A DNA stretch of 64,000 bases from positions 372,001 through 436,000 of the forward strand of contig NW_026515693.1 of assembly GCF_025526975.1 (NCBI RefSeq), written 5' to 3'. The stretch is from Fimicolochytrium jonesii (Eukaryota). Within the stretch, counting starts at the first letter, position 1. The number at the start of each line of letters is the position of its first letter. Made by a program: the position numbers and the translations under genes. Under the pieces are notes generated by a model. It did not search any database. It had not been told where the DNA came from and saw only the letters and a list, made by a program, of their open reading frames with translations. Below are positions 1-11,204 of this stretch, piece by piece.

Positions 1-187
1 TAGGTATCGTTTGTATGGGGAGGTGTATAGTGCATCTAGAGTCTGTTTCGACCCTGCGCGGTCCGAACACAGTATTTACCCACGATTGCCTCTTAGGGAG
101 TTTGATGACGGTCTATATTGTGAGTTTCCATTTCGCATTGCATACAGCAAAACGGTATTCTAATCAACCCATTTCATGTTTCTCCAG

Positions 188-2436
188 GGTGCGCCGCAAC
201 ACTCTCAACAATCGGCTTCGGCGACCTCTACCCCCAAACCGTCCTCGGCAAGCTCCTCCTCCCCATCATGGCAACCGCCGGCGTCGCCCTCCTAACCGCC
301 ACCGTCTATGCGATCCGCCAAGTTGCATTGGAGCTGCTAACCCACCAGCTCGCGACCGAGTATTCGAAATCGTTTGGGATACAGAAGGAGGATGCATCGA
401 TGGATGTACCCGGTGGTGTGGGCGCGGGTGTACCGTTTGGGAGGAGGAGGACGGTGGATGTGGCTGTAACGCGGTCCCATCCGAATCTTTGGAGTGGGGG
501 TAGGGAGACCTCGGATGGGATGTTAGGCGAGCGAGGGAGGGGAGCGACTGTGGCCGTGCCGCAGGAGATACCGCAGAGTGATAGGGACATATATACCGGT
601 TCACGGGCAGCGTTTTCAGCACCGCACGGCGTCGTCACAGACCTGTTCCCGCCCCTCTCGCCCTCAAAACAACCCGACCTCGCCCGGCTCTCCGTCCCCG
701 ACATGCGCATGAACACCCAAACCCCGTCCCGACATTTCGAAAACGATAATGGGGCTGGCGTGCCTTTCACCCACTCCGTCACAACCCCAACCCCCACCCG
801 CTCCCGCACAATGGTCATCTCCCGCGGCGCCCACCTCCCCCAAGTAACAATCCAAACCACCCACCACGTCCGCCGCCACCACGTCGTCGAAGCCACCCGC
901 CGCACCTTCCGCCACCAAATCACCTCCGCACTCATCGCCGTCATCGCCAACATGCTCATCTTTGGCGGTCTCTTCGCTTTCTTTGAACATTGGGCCTTTT
1001 TCGAGGGAATGTATTTCGTCGTCTGTGCCCTTTTGACGATCGGGTATGGCGATTACACTTTAACGACGGTGCAGTCCCGATCCGTGTTTGTGTGGTTCCT
1101 GTTTATCGGCATCGCGAGCGTTGCGTATCTGTTTTCGCTGTTGAGTGAACGGGCGTTGGATCAGTGGACCATGGAGGTGGGGAAAATTGCGAGTCGCGTG
1201 GATCGGTATGAGAGGAAGGCGAGGTTGAAGAAAATGTATAGGAAGGGGGACGTTTGGGCGGCGGGGAAGACGAGAAAGAGGGACGAAGGTGGACGTGGGG
1301 ATGTGGGTGAGCGACACCCGTTCGTGAGCACGGATTCGGATGTGTCAATGGAGGATCATCGAGATGTGGACAGTGATGAGTACCACGACGACCAACCTGC
1401 ATGGAGCGAGCATGAGGCGGGTGCTGGCCATGACGGTTATACGACCCAAGAGAACGAAAACGTCGATACGCAACTGATATGGGACAACGACGTCCCCCAA
1501 CACCGCTGCGGCAGCCCGCTCGACCTCACACCCGACCTCCAACCAACCTCCCCACCCCCACCGCCAGAAATCGGCCTGTTCACCACCTCCGAAGCCGAAG
1601 ACTCCGAAACCACCCCACTCCTAATCCCCCCACCAACACCCCCGACACCCTCCTCAACATCCTCCTCCCTGCATCCACCCTCTATCCTCGGCTCCCGTCA
1701 AACTCAGCGAAACAATCCACTTTCCTCTTCCGTCCACTTTGACCACTCTCCGACGCGATACGCCCCGACTTCTCCCACATCGCCGATAAGCAGCTTATCA
1801 CGATCGTATGTCCAGCCCCAGCCGCATCGGAGGACGCGGTCGTATGCTGTGCCGATTCGGAGACATGGGTCTGTCGACGTGCCCCACACTCAGGGGCTGG
1901 GGAGGCATGGGGCCACGACGTATGACCGGAGAGTTGAGAGTCATGTGCAGGTGTCACGGTCGTATGTCCCGACGAGGAACGTGGTTCGGTTGGAGATGCC
2001 GGCTGATCAGTCTAATCTGTTAAGTGTGGATGGTGGTGGTGATGGAGGAGTTGGGGTGAGACGCCGCGCGTCTGTTTCTGTTTCGTTGCGACGGCCGAGT
2101 ACGGTACGGTCCATCCACGACGCGGAAGGCTACCTCCAGCCAGCGCCCTTCGCGGAGGATGGGGATGGGTACTACGACTCGGATGAGGATGAGTGTCGGG
2201 AAGGGGATGTGTACTCGACAACACCTGCTGTGCGCATGTTTTCGGGGAGGGTGAGTGAGCGGAGGGGGAGTGTGCGGAGTGTTGCTGTAGCTGTTCCTGT
2301 AGAGGTGCCTGTTGAGAGGGTGGAGGGTGGGGAGGAGGTGATGGATGGGGATAGGAATGCGGAGCCTGGGGAGGGTGGGGTTAGTGGGTGTATTGGAATC
2401 GATGTGGATGAGGATGACGGGCGGGCTACGTTTTGA
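188..2436 (+). CDS. Two-pore-domain (TOK/K2P-type) potassium channel, last exon; 5' exons lie upstream of the window
   Basis: Acceptor ttctccag ends at 187. The frame reads (W)CAATLSTIGFGDLYPQT (pore loop 1) into ORF 268..2436, which has a second pore loop ALLTIGYGDY flanked by TM helices and a long disordered C-tail. Confidence 0.9.
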
Positions 2437-4660
2437 ATCAATAACGAGTGCATGGAAGTGGAAGGAGAGGAGGTTGTATATAGGAGGTTTATCGTAGCGC
2501 ATTGTAAGTAGGGTTTTGGAATCCCCATCGCAATAGCTCATTTGAGAAAAAAGAGAAACATCATGATTCAGTTGGTGGTGAACGACAAAGTTATGATCCC
2601 GCCATTGGAAGTGGACGTCGTTGGGGGTCTGGCTATTAGCGTAGCAGCCAGTTGGCCGTGATGTGTGGGACGAGCTTGATCGGATGTTCCATTTTCCCCC
2701 GGACACCCCAACGCAGAAGCCCTGGGTCCAATTGTCCAGCGCTGGGCAGGTGAGGGTAGCCCATGGGGAAGTAGCGGATGTCTGAGCTTGCGTTGCAGCT
2801 CCCGCTGTCACACCTTTAGTAGTCTGTGCCCGGCATAGATGGCATGGATGGACAGCGGCCATGATTCCCAGATCCGCAGGAAGAACAATGGCTTGGAGCC
2901 GGAAACCAAGCAAGAGTTGCGATGCAGAATGTTGATTGGCATTTGGTGATAGCGCGAGGATGAAATGCCGCTTTGCGGGCTTTGGAGCGGCAATTCCGCT
3001 GCTGCCCAAACAGCCTTTGCATCGCAACCGTGACGAGTGGTTGTTTAACACTTGTCAATCTCGGCAGCACATGTAGAGGCGAATACACCCCGAGGAGTGT
3101 ACGGGATGTACGAAATAAACTCATGGCGGCGGGTTTTGTGTCGATCTGCCTTCAGTCTGCTGTTGGTCGTTGACAGGGCTTTTTGCGAGAGGCGGATGAA
3201 CTCCGACGTGGCTTAGGCTTCCTTCTTGCATTCCCAGGATCCGGACTCTCGGCTGCGTGGAAAACCGCCGGATCTTTCTTAATTGCGACGGTTACCGCGG
3301 GAGACGCGCTTTCCCGAATGGCAACTTCGGCGGAAAGTCCGACAGGGAGAGACGTTTGCAGAAAGCCTCGACTTGCGCGAGGGGCGTTCTCGGCAGTGCC
3401 TGGATCTGGACATTTTGAAGATACCAGTGCCAACCAAAAGTAACTAAACTTTTCCATACTACTTCTGTGGTTTCGGCACTAATGGCATCCGTGGTACCGG
3501 CCGAACACGATGTAGAGGGGTTTCCGGCGGAAGCCCAGCCCCTCCGATCGGCAAGAATCTTCCGTTGCTTTGCGCGTGTGGAAAGGAAAATCGCAGAGAT
3601 GTGTAGCGGAGCCGGTCGATCATGCGAAACCAATTATGGGGTGGAAAAAGTCTATTGGGGGACGGTATTGCAAGGCGATCGACGTTCTTAGACGTTCTTC
3701 ATAGGGGGAGTATCTCCCATGGTAGTGTCTTGCTCTGGATATTCGATGACAGTCATTACGGTGGGATATGAGATTTTGGGTGCGTCTGGGCCGTCGGCTG
3801 TTGGTCGTCGGATATATGTGTCTGGCGTTGGCCAGCGCTTGATGCGGCAGAAAACGAGGGAAACAACCTCGGTTTTCCTTCTTATATAAGAACGTCTTCG
3901 GAGCATTCCGACAGATACTCCATTTACGTCCACCCTAAGTGACCTATCCTTCCGCATTCGCACCGCCCTGTGTAATTGTTCGGATTCTCCGATCGACGGA
4001 AACGGAGCGTTCGGACGGGTGTCGTGTTGTTGTGAGAGTGGCTTTCTCGCGTACGTTTGACAAGGTGGGTGAACGAGAAGAGCCGCAACTTGCAGGATAT
4101 CCGTCGCAGCGCAAGGCTTGGCTTTTTCCACTTTGTGTTGCTCGTTGAACCCTTGGGCCTTACTACTGTATTTCCGCCTGTTCGTTCGAGTACATAGCCT
4201 CACTCGCCACCTTGTTCGTGGAGTGCAAAAGCTAAGCCGCAAGAGTGGGGAACGAGACTGCCAGGAAAGCAGAAACTCACAACTTTCCACCAACGGCTAA
4301 AGTCACCATTGCGGATCATATCAGCGGCAACATCCAGACATCTGCTCACAAGCGCACCAGCACACACCGAGTATCCTCTCACTCACCGGAGACCCCTCGG
4401 AACGATAGATACACCGCACAGAGAGACCTTTCTGGCCATTGTGTGGTCGCTCACTCTCAGCACAGACCTATTTACGGACAATTTCCATAGCACACCAAGG
4501 CAACAGGGATCCTTCCGCAAACCGGACAGTGCTTCGAACTTCCTTAAAGTACTTCACTCACTCACCCAGCATATGCTGCATACCCGCTGAAACGCACCTC
4601 AACGCAATTTCACGTTCATCCACCCCCCATTCCCCGGGACCAGGGGCCGCTAACCCCTTA

Positions 4661-7250
4661 ATGCCCGGGCTCCTCGCCTCTCCCTCGGCGTCGAATGGAA
4701 CCCCGCCATCCCCCCTAACATCCCTCCCCCACGAAGTGTTAGTCCAAATCTGTCTCCTCCTCCCCGCGCCCACTCTCGCGATCCTCTCCGGTGTATCGAG
4801 ATCGCTCAGAGATGTGGCAGTAGACGATCAGTTGTGGAACGCGTTGGGGAGGGCGGAGTTTGGGGTTGAGTGGAGGAATTTAAAGGAGGCGTGGCCGTTT
4901 GGGACTGCCAGGGGGTTTTTTGTGGGGGTGTTGAGGAGGTGGGGATGGACTTTGGGGTATTGGCAGGTGAGTTGTGACGGGACGAGAGGGTGCACTCGAT
5001 CGATAGCGAGCGCTTGATTCGCGCAAGGGAACCATGAGGCGAGCCTGCAAACGCCTTCGCGAGCGGAGCGAGTTCGCATTGCGCTAAAGGCCCAATAATC
5101 CCCTCACCGCGGTTCTTAGCGAGCATCGGCGAGCGAAGCGAGCACGCTCCGCCCCCGCAACTCAACATCCTTGTCGCAAGCGGAGCGAGCAGGATGTTGT
5201 TCATCCATCCACCACCAACATCAATCTTCTTTATTCAACTGCAATCTCATAAACATTCCCATCTCCCTTTCGTAGGCCAACTACCCATTCTTCTCCGGCC
5301 AACTCCTACATGTGCGGGTCGACACACACACAGCACGCATCATCGCGGAACGAATAACAGCGGCACCATCCACCGAAGAACCACCCAGCGTCCCCTTCGG
5401 CCCCATGCACGGCGTCACCATGGACTCACTTACCCTCAACCTCACACGCCGTCGCGTGTTCGACATCAAATTCGAAAAAGCCGACGTGTGCTATCGCCGC
5501 TTACGAGGGATGAGCTACCGCGAGGCCGCGCGGACATCTACGGGGTTTCGCGCTCATATGGAGGGGTTAGTGGACGGGGTCGGGATGGAACGGAGTAACT
5601 CGACGGAGGTGTTGTCGGAGGCTTCGGTGGCGGCGTCGTCGGCGGCTGCACCGCCGGATTGCTCGTCGGCGTATGATCAGGAGGGCATATCGAGCTATGT
5701 GCTGTGTTGTGGGGCGAAGGTTGGGCAGGCGGTTGTGAGGGATCATTTGGGGACGTTGACGGAGGCTGTGGATACCTATGCGGACTATCATAGCACTATA
5801 GGTATTGGTCTTGACTGTTAACGGACGCGGATTCCCTATGAACCTTCACACTTTCAATCAAAACTGATCCCAACATATTGATTCCACAGACCACTTCCCT
5901 GTCTTCAACCCCTCCCCAATAACAGGACTTTGGCCCTACCCCGAATCCAGCCGCGCCCTCCGCAACGACGGCGCGCTCATCACCATGTTCGATTCCAACG
6001 AGCCGCCACTCGCTTTCAACCGTCATCAACCCGCCAACACAGTACAACATGAGGAGCATGGGGAGGACGAGGAGTATGAGCTGGGACATGCGTCGCCGGT
6101 GATGCGCGGCCGTCGACCAAGACGAAAGGCGAAACCGCCGAAACCGTCGTTGTTGGCATTGCATTGTAAATCCACGTGTCATCAGTATGGCGTTAGGACT
6201 GTTACACTTCGTGCGCCGGAAGGTATGTATCACTTCGCACTCCATAAGGTCGGAAGGTCTATCGCTCATCATCATGTTTTATAACCAAACCAGGCGAGCT
6301 GCGATTCCGCGCCGCAAAATTCCACACCGTCTGGAGCAAAATCAAATGTTCCGGCCTGCAGCACCAACCCACACCGCCCACCCCTACCTCCCTCTGCCCC
6401 GCCTTCACCCCCACATCCCACCCCTCACCACCACCACCCCCCTCCTCCTCCCACCCAACCCTCTCCTTCCTCTCCTCCCTCTACTCCACCCGCCCCGGCC
6501 CCTCCCCGCGAATGAAAATCCAGCCCCGTGAAGGGATATGGGCGGGAACATATGGCACGCATGGGGTCGAGTTTTTGTTGTTGAGGTATGAGTGGGGGGA
6601 GATGACGATGTTCAACGCCGCTGCTGCGATGGCCGAGGGGGAGGCGGGCGCGGACTACGTTCCGCATGACAATCACGCTTACGACGAGGGTGATACGACG
6701 TCGACACGGGCGACGACCGCGAAGCCGCATATACCCACCGTCGACATGGTCTTCTACAAAGTCACGGGGGACGTCAACGTCCCGCGGGGCGAGATTTCCT
6801 TCCGTGCGCATTTGGGAGATGGGAGTGGGAGTGAGTTTGTGTCGGCGCCGCCGGAGACGGTTTTCACAACCGCTATCAACGCGAGCAACGTGAGCCCCGG
6901 TAATGCGAGCGCTGCTGGGGGTGCGGCTGGCGGAGGGGGCGGAGCGTATAAACCGTACGCGATGCTCTCCGACCCGTCGTTTTCGGACGAGTTGAGGGGC
7001 GCGAGGGCGTATGACGGGGATGGGACGGTGGCGATGAGTGGGTACCGGAGTCCGACGCGGATTCGGAATGAGGGTGGGTTTTTTTTTTGTCACGTTGTTG
7101 TTGTTTATGGGTTGAGAAGTGCGGGGGTTCGAAGCGGTTGACTGATTTTTTCTTGTCTTGATATCTCCAGTGATCGTCATATCACCGACCCAAATTGCCG
7201 TCCTATGGCATGACCTCCGTAAAGCGTCCCGGTTCGTACTTGTCGAGTAA
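4661..7250 (+). CDS. F-box protein with FBXO31-like (cyclin D1-binding type) C-terminal domain; exons 4661-4966, 5276-5801, 5890-6222, 6294-7073, 7171-7250
   Basis: F-box LTSLPHEVLVQICLLLPAPTLAILSGVSRSLRDVAVDDQLW. C-terminal motifs GIWAGTYGTHGVEFLLL, KVTGDVNVPRGEISF, GDGTVAMSGY, IAVLWHDL. Four GT-AG introns join the frames without stops. Confidence 0.85.
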
Positions 7251-9911
7251 GCCGTTCTCCCCGCCTCCCCCTTCCATCCCCCATCTGTATCACATTCCCG
7301 CCCTGTACCTCAAACCCACCCTATCTTGTTCATACCACATCACCCCCTTTTGCAATGGGAAAAAACTTCCCGGGGCAGTCGCGATTCAATCGAACATTTG
7401 TATTTCACTTTCATTTGTATTTGGCTCTGCCACTACGTTTCTTGTTGTGCTTTTTTGCTCTTCGGGTAGGGGAAATGTCGTAGATCTGCCCTGGCGTGCA
7501 TGTGTGTTTGTTGAATCTCTGCGAGTTGATGGTCACATAGGTTTTCGCACACTTCCCCGCACATCCCCCCCGATTCCGTCCATGTAGGAACGAACAGCTG
7601 CCGCACAATGTCCCCAATATAAACCCTTTCGAGCAGGAGGTCTCTTCCTTCTCTTCCATGGGCTGGCCGATCGTATCTGTACGCCTATACTTGGTCAGCT
7701 TCCCAAAACCCACCTATGCGATTCGACTCGAGCTAGGCAATAGGCAGTGGGTGAAGCCACCGTATCTGTACTCCGTTTGGCCACATCTGTACTCCGTAGA
7801 TTTGGTCAGCTTTGGACGGAGCTCATCTCCGGCGAGGAACAGGAAGCTGTGGGTTGGCAGACTGGCTAGCAGGGCAGCTGTTGGAGACGGGAGGTTCAGA
7901 TCGTTGCGTTGTCGGTGCATCGTAGTTGTTTTGCAGATGAGAGTGAGTCACGTCGCCCGCCCCCCCGCCAAACCCGGCGCGGGAAATGCGTTTGCCAAAC
8001 TTGCACAGCTCTCTACGTATGGAAGGTTAAGTTGAGCAAAGAGTCTCAATGTCCTCCGGGCGCCACATAAGAAGCTTCTCATTCGCGTTTCCGCCGAGCG
8101 CGTGTACGTTTTGCTGTCAACGACGCTTTTTGATGTGGGTACATACAGTACGGTACATATACGGAGACTGCCCACCGAATGTCGACATTTATCAGGCTCT
8201 CGTTCCGTCGGGTGAGATTGCGAGGCGGCGAGGTTCAACAGGAGCGGAGATTCTTCCCCTCTCGAACGTCACGCGCACCCTCCCTTCTTCGCGTACATTT
8301 TGTGAGAGAGTTGGAGCCTCCCGAATCTCGATGTCGACGAAGGTTGGAAACATAACGCCCCTCTGCGCAGCTTCCCTCACTACGCATCCTGAATCCCGAT
8401 CCCCAACCTGTCGGCCGCCGGCCGTCCGAAGTTTCGAAGCGCACGCCGGGGCCCGGCACACAGCGCCGGCACGCAAACAGTACCAGACGGCGATGCGAGC
8501 AATGGCGCGGCGGGCACTTCCATCACCGGCTGCAAGTACGACCGGTCGGCGATATCCCTCCAGAAATTGCTTTTCAAGTCGACGTGCCGTAGTCCTTCGT
8601 CGGCGAGATGTGAATATCGCCCGCGTCGGTACGGTTTTTGGTATGTGCTACAAGATAACGCGAAGACCAGTGCAATTTCGCGGTGCGGGTGAGCGATTGC
8701 TGCTTGCACGTTCCGGAAGGAATGGTCGCTCGATATCAGGCGTGGTGAGCAAGATTGATTGCGTGATGATATTGAGTTCAGGATTTCCGAGGTGTGAAAT
8801 GGCACGGATGCAGAGAGTCCGTGGCGATGGACGACCGGACGGATAAGGAGGGAGGCGCAATGAAGCGAAGGAGAAATGAAGAGAGGGAGAGATACGAAAC
8901 GTCCGTTTGATTATTGAACGGTGGGGAGTCGAAAACGTAAGAAACCAGCGAGGGTGTGATAGCAAAAGTGGGGAAAAAAAGGGACCGCCGGGAAGGGAAA
9001 AACGCGTGGGAGGGGACCCCTCTTCGGTTGGCTTTTTCACTCAATCCTGCACTATGAGATGTCGGTCCACAGATGATATGGCAAAGCGATTTCCCCCGGC
9101 CGGCACCATGGCCGCAAAGATCTTGGATAGACCGCCATGGCTTGGGAAAGACTGAGATGAGTTGAAATATACAGTGGGCGTTTCCATCGCAAGACAGCAT
9201 AAAAAAGATGGGCCGGTTTAACGGTGCGACGGTCGGCCCAAGGCCAGGTGCATTCCTAAATGGTCGTCGATATCGGACCGGCGTAGTTTTGGGCAGCATT
9301 TCTTTTGGTGAAGCCATTCCATACGGTTCATCAGACGTGAGGACATCTCTTTGGTGGACGCCATGCAACGGTGACAGATACACGACGCAAATGTGTGTGG
9401 GCGTTACCAGATATGATCGGAAGCACCATTCGAATATGCCAAATCGGTTAGTAAAAAGCCAGCCAGCGAAGCAAGTCCTGTGCGTCCAAGCGCCGTACGT
9501 CAGTTCAACCCGGTCTTTGCGAGCGCCGGCGAGCTTCGGCTTTTCGCTGATCGCTTCGAATCTCAATATCGGCACTTTTCCTGGTGAAGGATGGACTTCG
9601 CATATGGGGTCTCGACTGGTCATCGATATCGGTCCAGTAGCGTTGGGGAATCATGGTACGGTCCAGTCAGCTCCACACTTTCAACGGGTTACGAAGGCAG
9701 GCAATAGTTCAATGATACATCGGCCGGATAAGACCGCCAAAATCGGCAAGACAAGCCATGTCACCACCATGTGCCAAAGCCAAATCGCCAGCGAACGCAG
9801 TAGTAAAGGGCAAAACTGGACATTAACTTTATTGGACGCAAAGAAGAGCACAAAAACTTATATACAAGAATCATAATGTCTATATCGGAGGGTCTAATGC
9901 TTCGGGCTCCC

Positions 9912-11204
9912 TCACTCAACGCAAGCTACTCGTTCGATAAAGAGCGCCTCGTTGACAGCACGCTCGGGGTCGGTGCGGCATGCCGCTGCATTAGCTATGG
10001 GGTCGTAGGTGGGGTACGCGACAGGGGACCCATTCTCAGCGTGGTAAAGTAGGAGAGACAAGAAGTCCTCGTGGCCCTTTTTGTTCGCCGGCGCCGCCGC
10101 TGAGAGTGGTAACCTGAGATTACGGGTAACGGTCGAGTGTCGTGGTGGCGAGCCAGACGCTGTCGCGGCGTAGTGGGAGGACGACGACCGCCGGCGAGCT
10201 GCTCTGATGGCGCCTCTTAGCGACGAGAACATGGATCGGCCAGCGGCGGGTGCTGACGAAGGTGATGTTGGTGATGCCGATGGCGATGAGGCCGATAGTG
10301 GCGGCCCGACGGCGCGGCCAAGGACGAGAGCTCTCCGTTGGGCTCGAATGCGTTCCTTTTCGACTTGGGCTGCTCTCTGCCATCGCACATATTCCGCGAG
10401 CGGGTCCGGGTCATTGCACGCCAACGAGTCGAAACGTACCGGTCGCTCTAGCGAAGGTGGAGGGCTTGGAAGCATGGAACGGACGGCGTTCGTTACACTG
10501 TCGAGTCCGGGCGGGCGAGAGTCAATTCGAGGTGGGCGCGGCGGAGGCTGGTCGGGCCATTTGGTGGTGGCAGTGGGGATGGGCATGGTCATAATACTGG
10601 CGTCCTCCGAATTGGCCGGCGAGGGGGCGGCAACGGGAGAGTCTTCCGCAACGTTTACCACCTTGACAGGGACACGCACAAGACCACCGATCGCCTGCTG
10701 TGAATAGTCCAGGGATACCCACTGCGCCGGCTGGACAAGTGCGTCATCGTCGACGCTGTCTTCGGCCGCTGCGAAGACGTCGCACCCACTGTCGCGAAGG
10801 ACAGGAACGGACAGTTTAAGCGACTTCCGTGGTCGGCGGTGGGTCACAGAGGCGGGAAGCGGTGAGGTCCGTGATGCGGTAAGGGTATTTGGCCCACTCG
10901 GTTCCCGCGAAGATGAGGGCAACACCGCCGCGGTCGGCGCCACTTCGACATCCTCAACAGGAACGTGATTGACCGCGAGTTGCCAGCCCGGCGATAGCTC
11001 CAGCAAGGCATCCACCGCTTCCTGATACTCGTATTGAAGGTATTCGATATCGGTGTTCCCGTCAAGGTCGATGGGGATGCGGCGAGTGTACCGTGGCGCT
11101 TCGACTGCTGGCGGAGCGGGGGCGGCCTTCTTGCTCATACTAGGGAGGTGGTTCCCCACCTTTTTCGCTGCCGACGAGATCGAAGCGGACAACGAATTGC
11201 CCAT
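9912..11204 (-). CDS. Hypothetical Pro/Ser-rich protein; probable start MGNSLS at 11204 (frame is open to 11678)
   Basis: 588-codon open frame with an internal MGxxxS N-myristoylation-like start. No recognisable domain. Confidence 0.6.
   Translation of the reverse strand: MGNSLSASISSAAKKVGNHLPSMSKKAAPAPPAVEAPRYTRRIPIDLDGNTDIEYLQYEYQEAVDALLELSPGWQLAVNHVPVEDVEVAPTAAVLPSSSREPSGPNTLTASRTSPLPASVTHRRPRKSLKLSVPVLRDSGCDVFAAAEDSVDDDALVQPAQWVSLDYSQQAIGGLVRVPVKVVNVAEDSPVAAPSPANSEDASIMTMPIPTATTKWPDQPPPRPPRIDSRPPGLDSVTNAVRSMLPSPPPSLERPVRFDSLACNDPDPLAEYVRWQRAAQVEKERIRAQRRALVLGRAVGPPLSASSPSASPTSPSSAPAAGRSMFSSLRGAIRAARRRSSSSHYAATASGSPPRHSTVTRNLRLPLSAAAPANKKGHEDFLSLLLYHAENGSPVAYPTYDPIANAAACRTDPERAVNEALFIERVACVE

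Noticed and set aside
2020..4293. Several medium-length ORFs (e.g. 2020..3051 minus, 3688..4293 minus)
   Set aside because: No recognisable motifs or consistent splice model; partly antisense shadow of the K+ channel gene.
8049..9876. ORFs of 220-280 aa on both strands
   Set aside because: Overlapping Arg/Ser-rich frames without domain signal, as expected by chance in GC-rich DNA.
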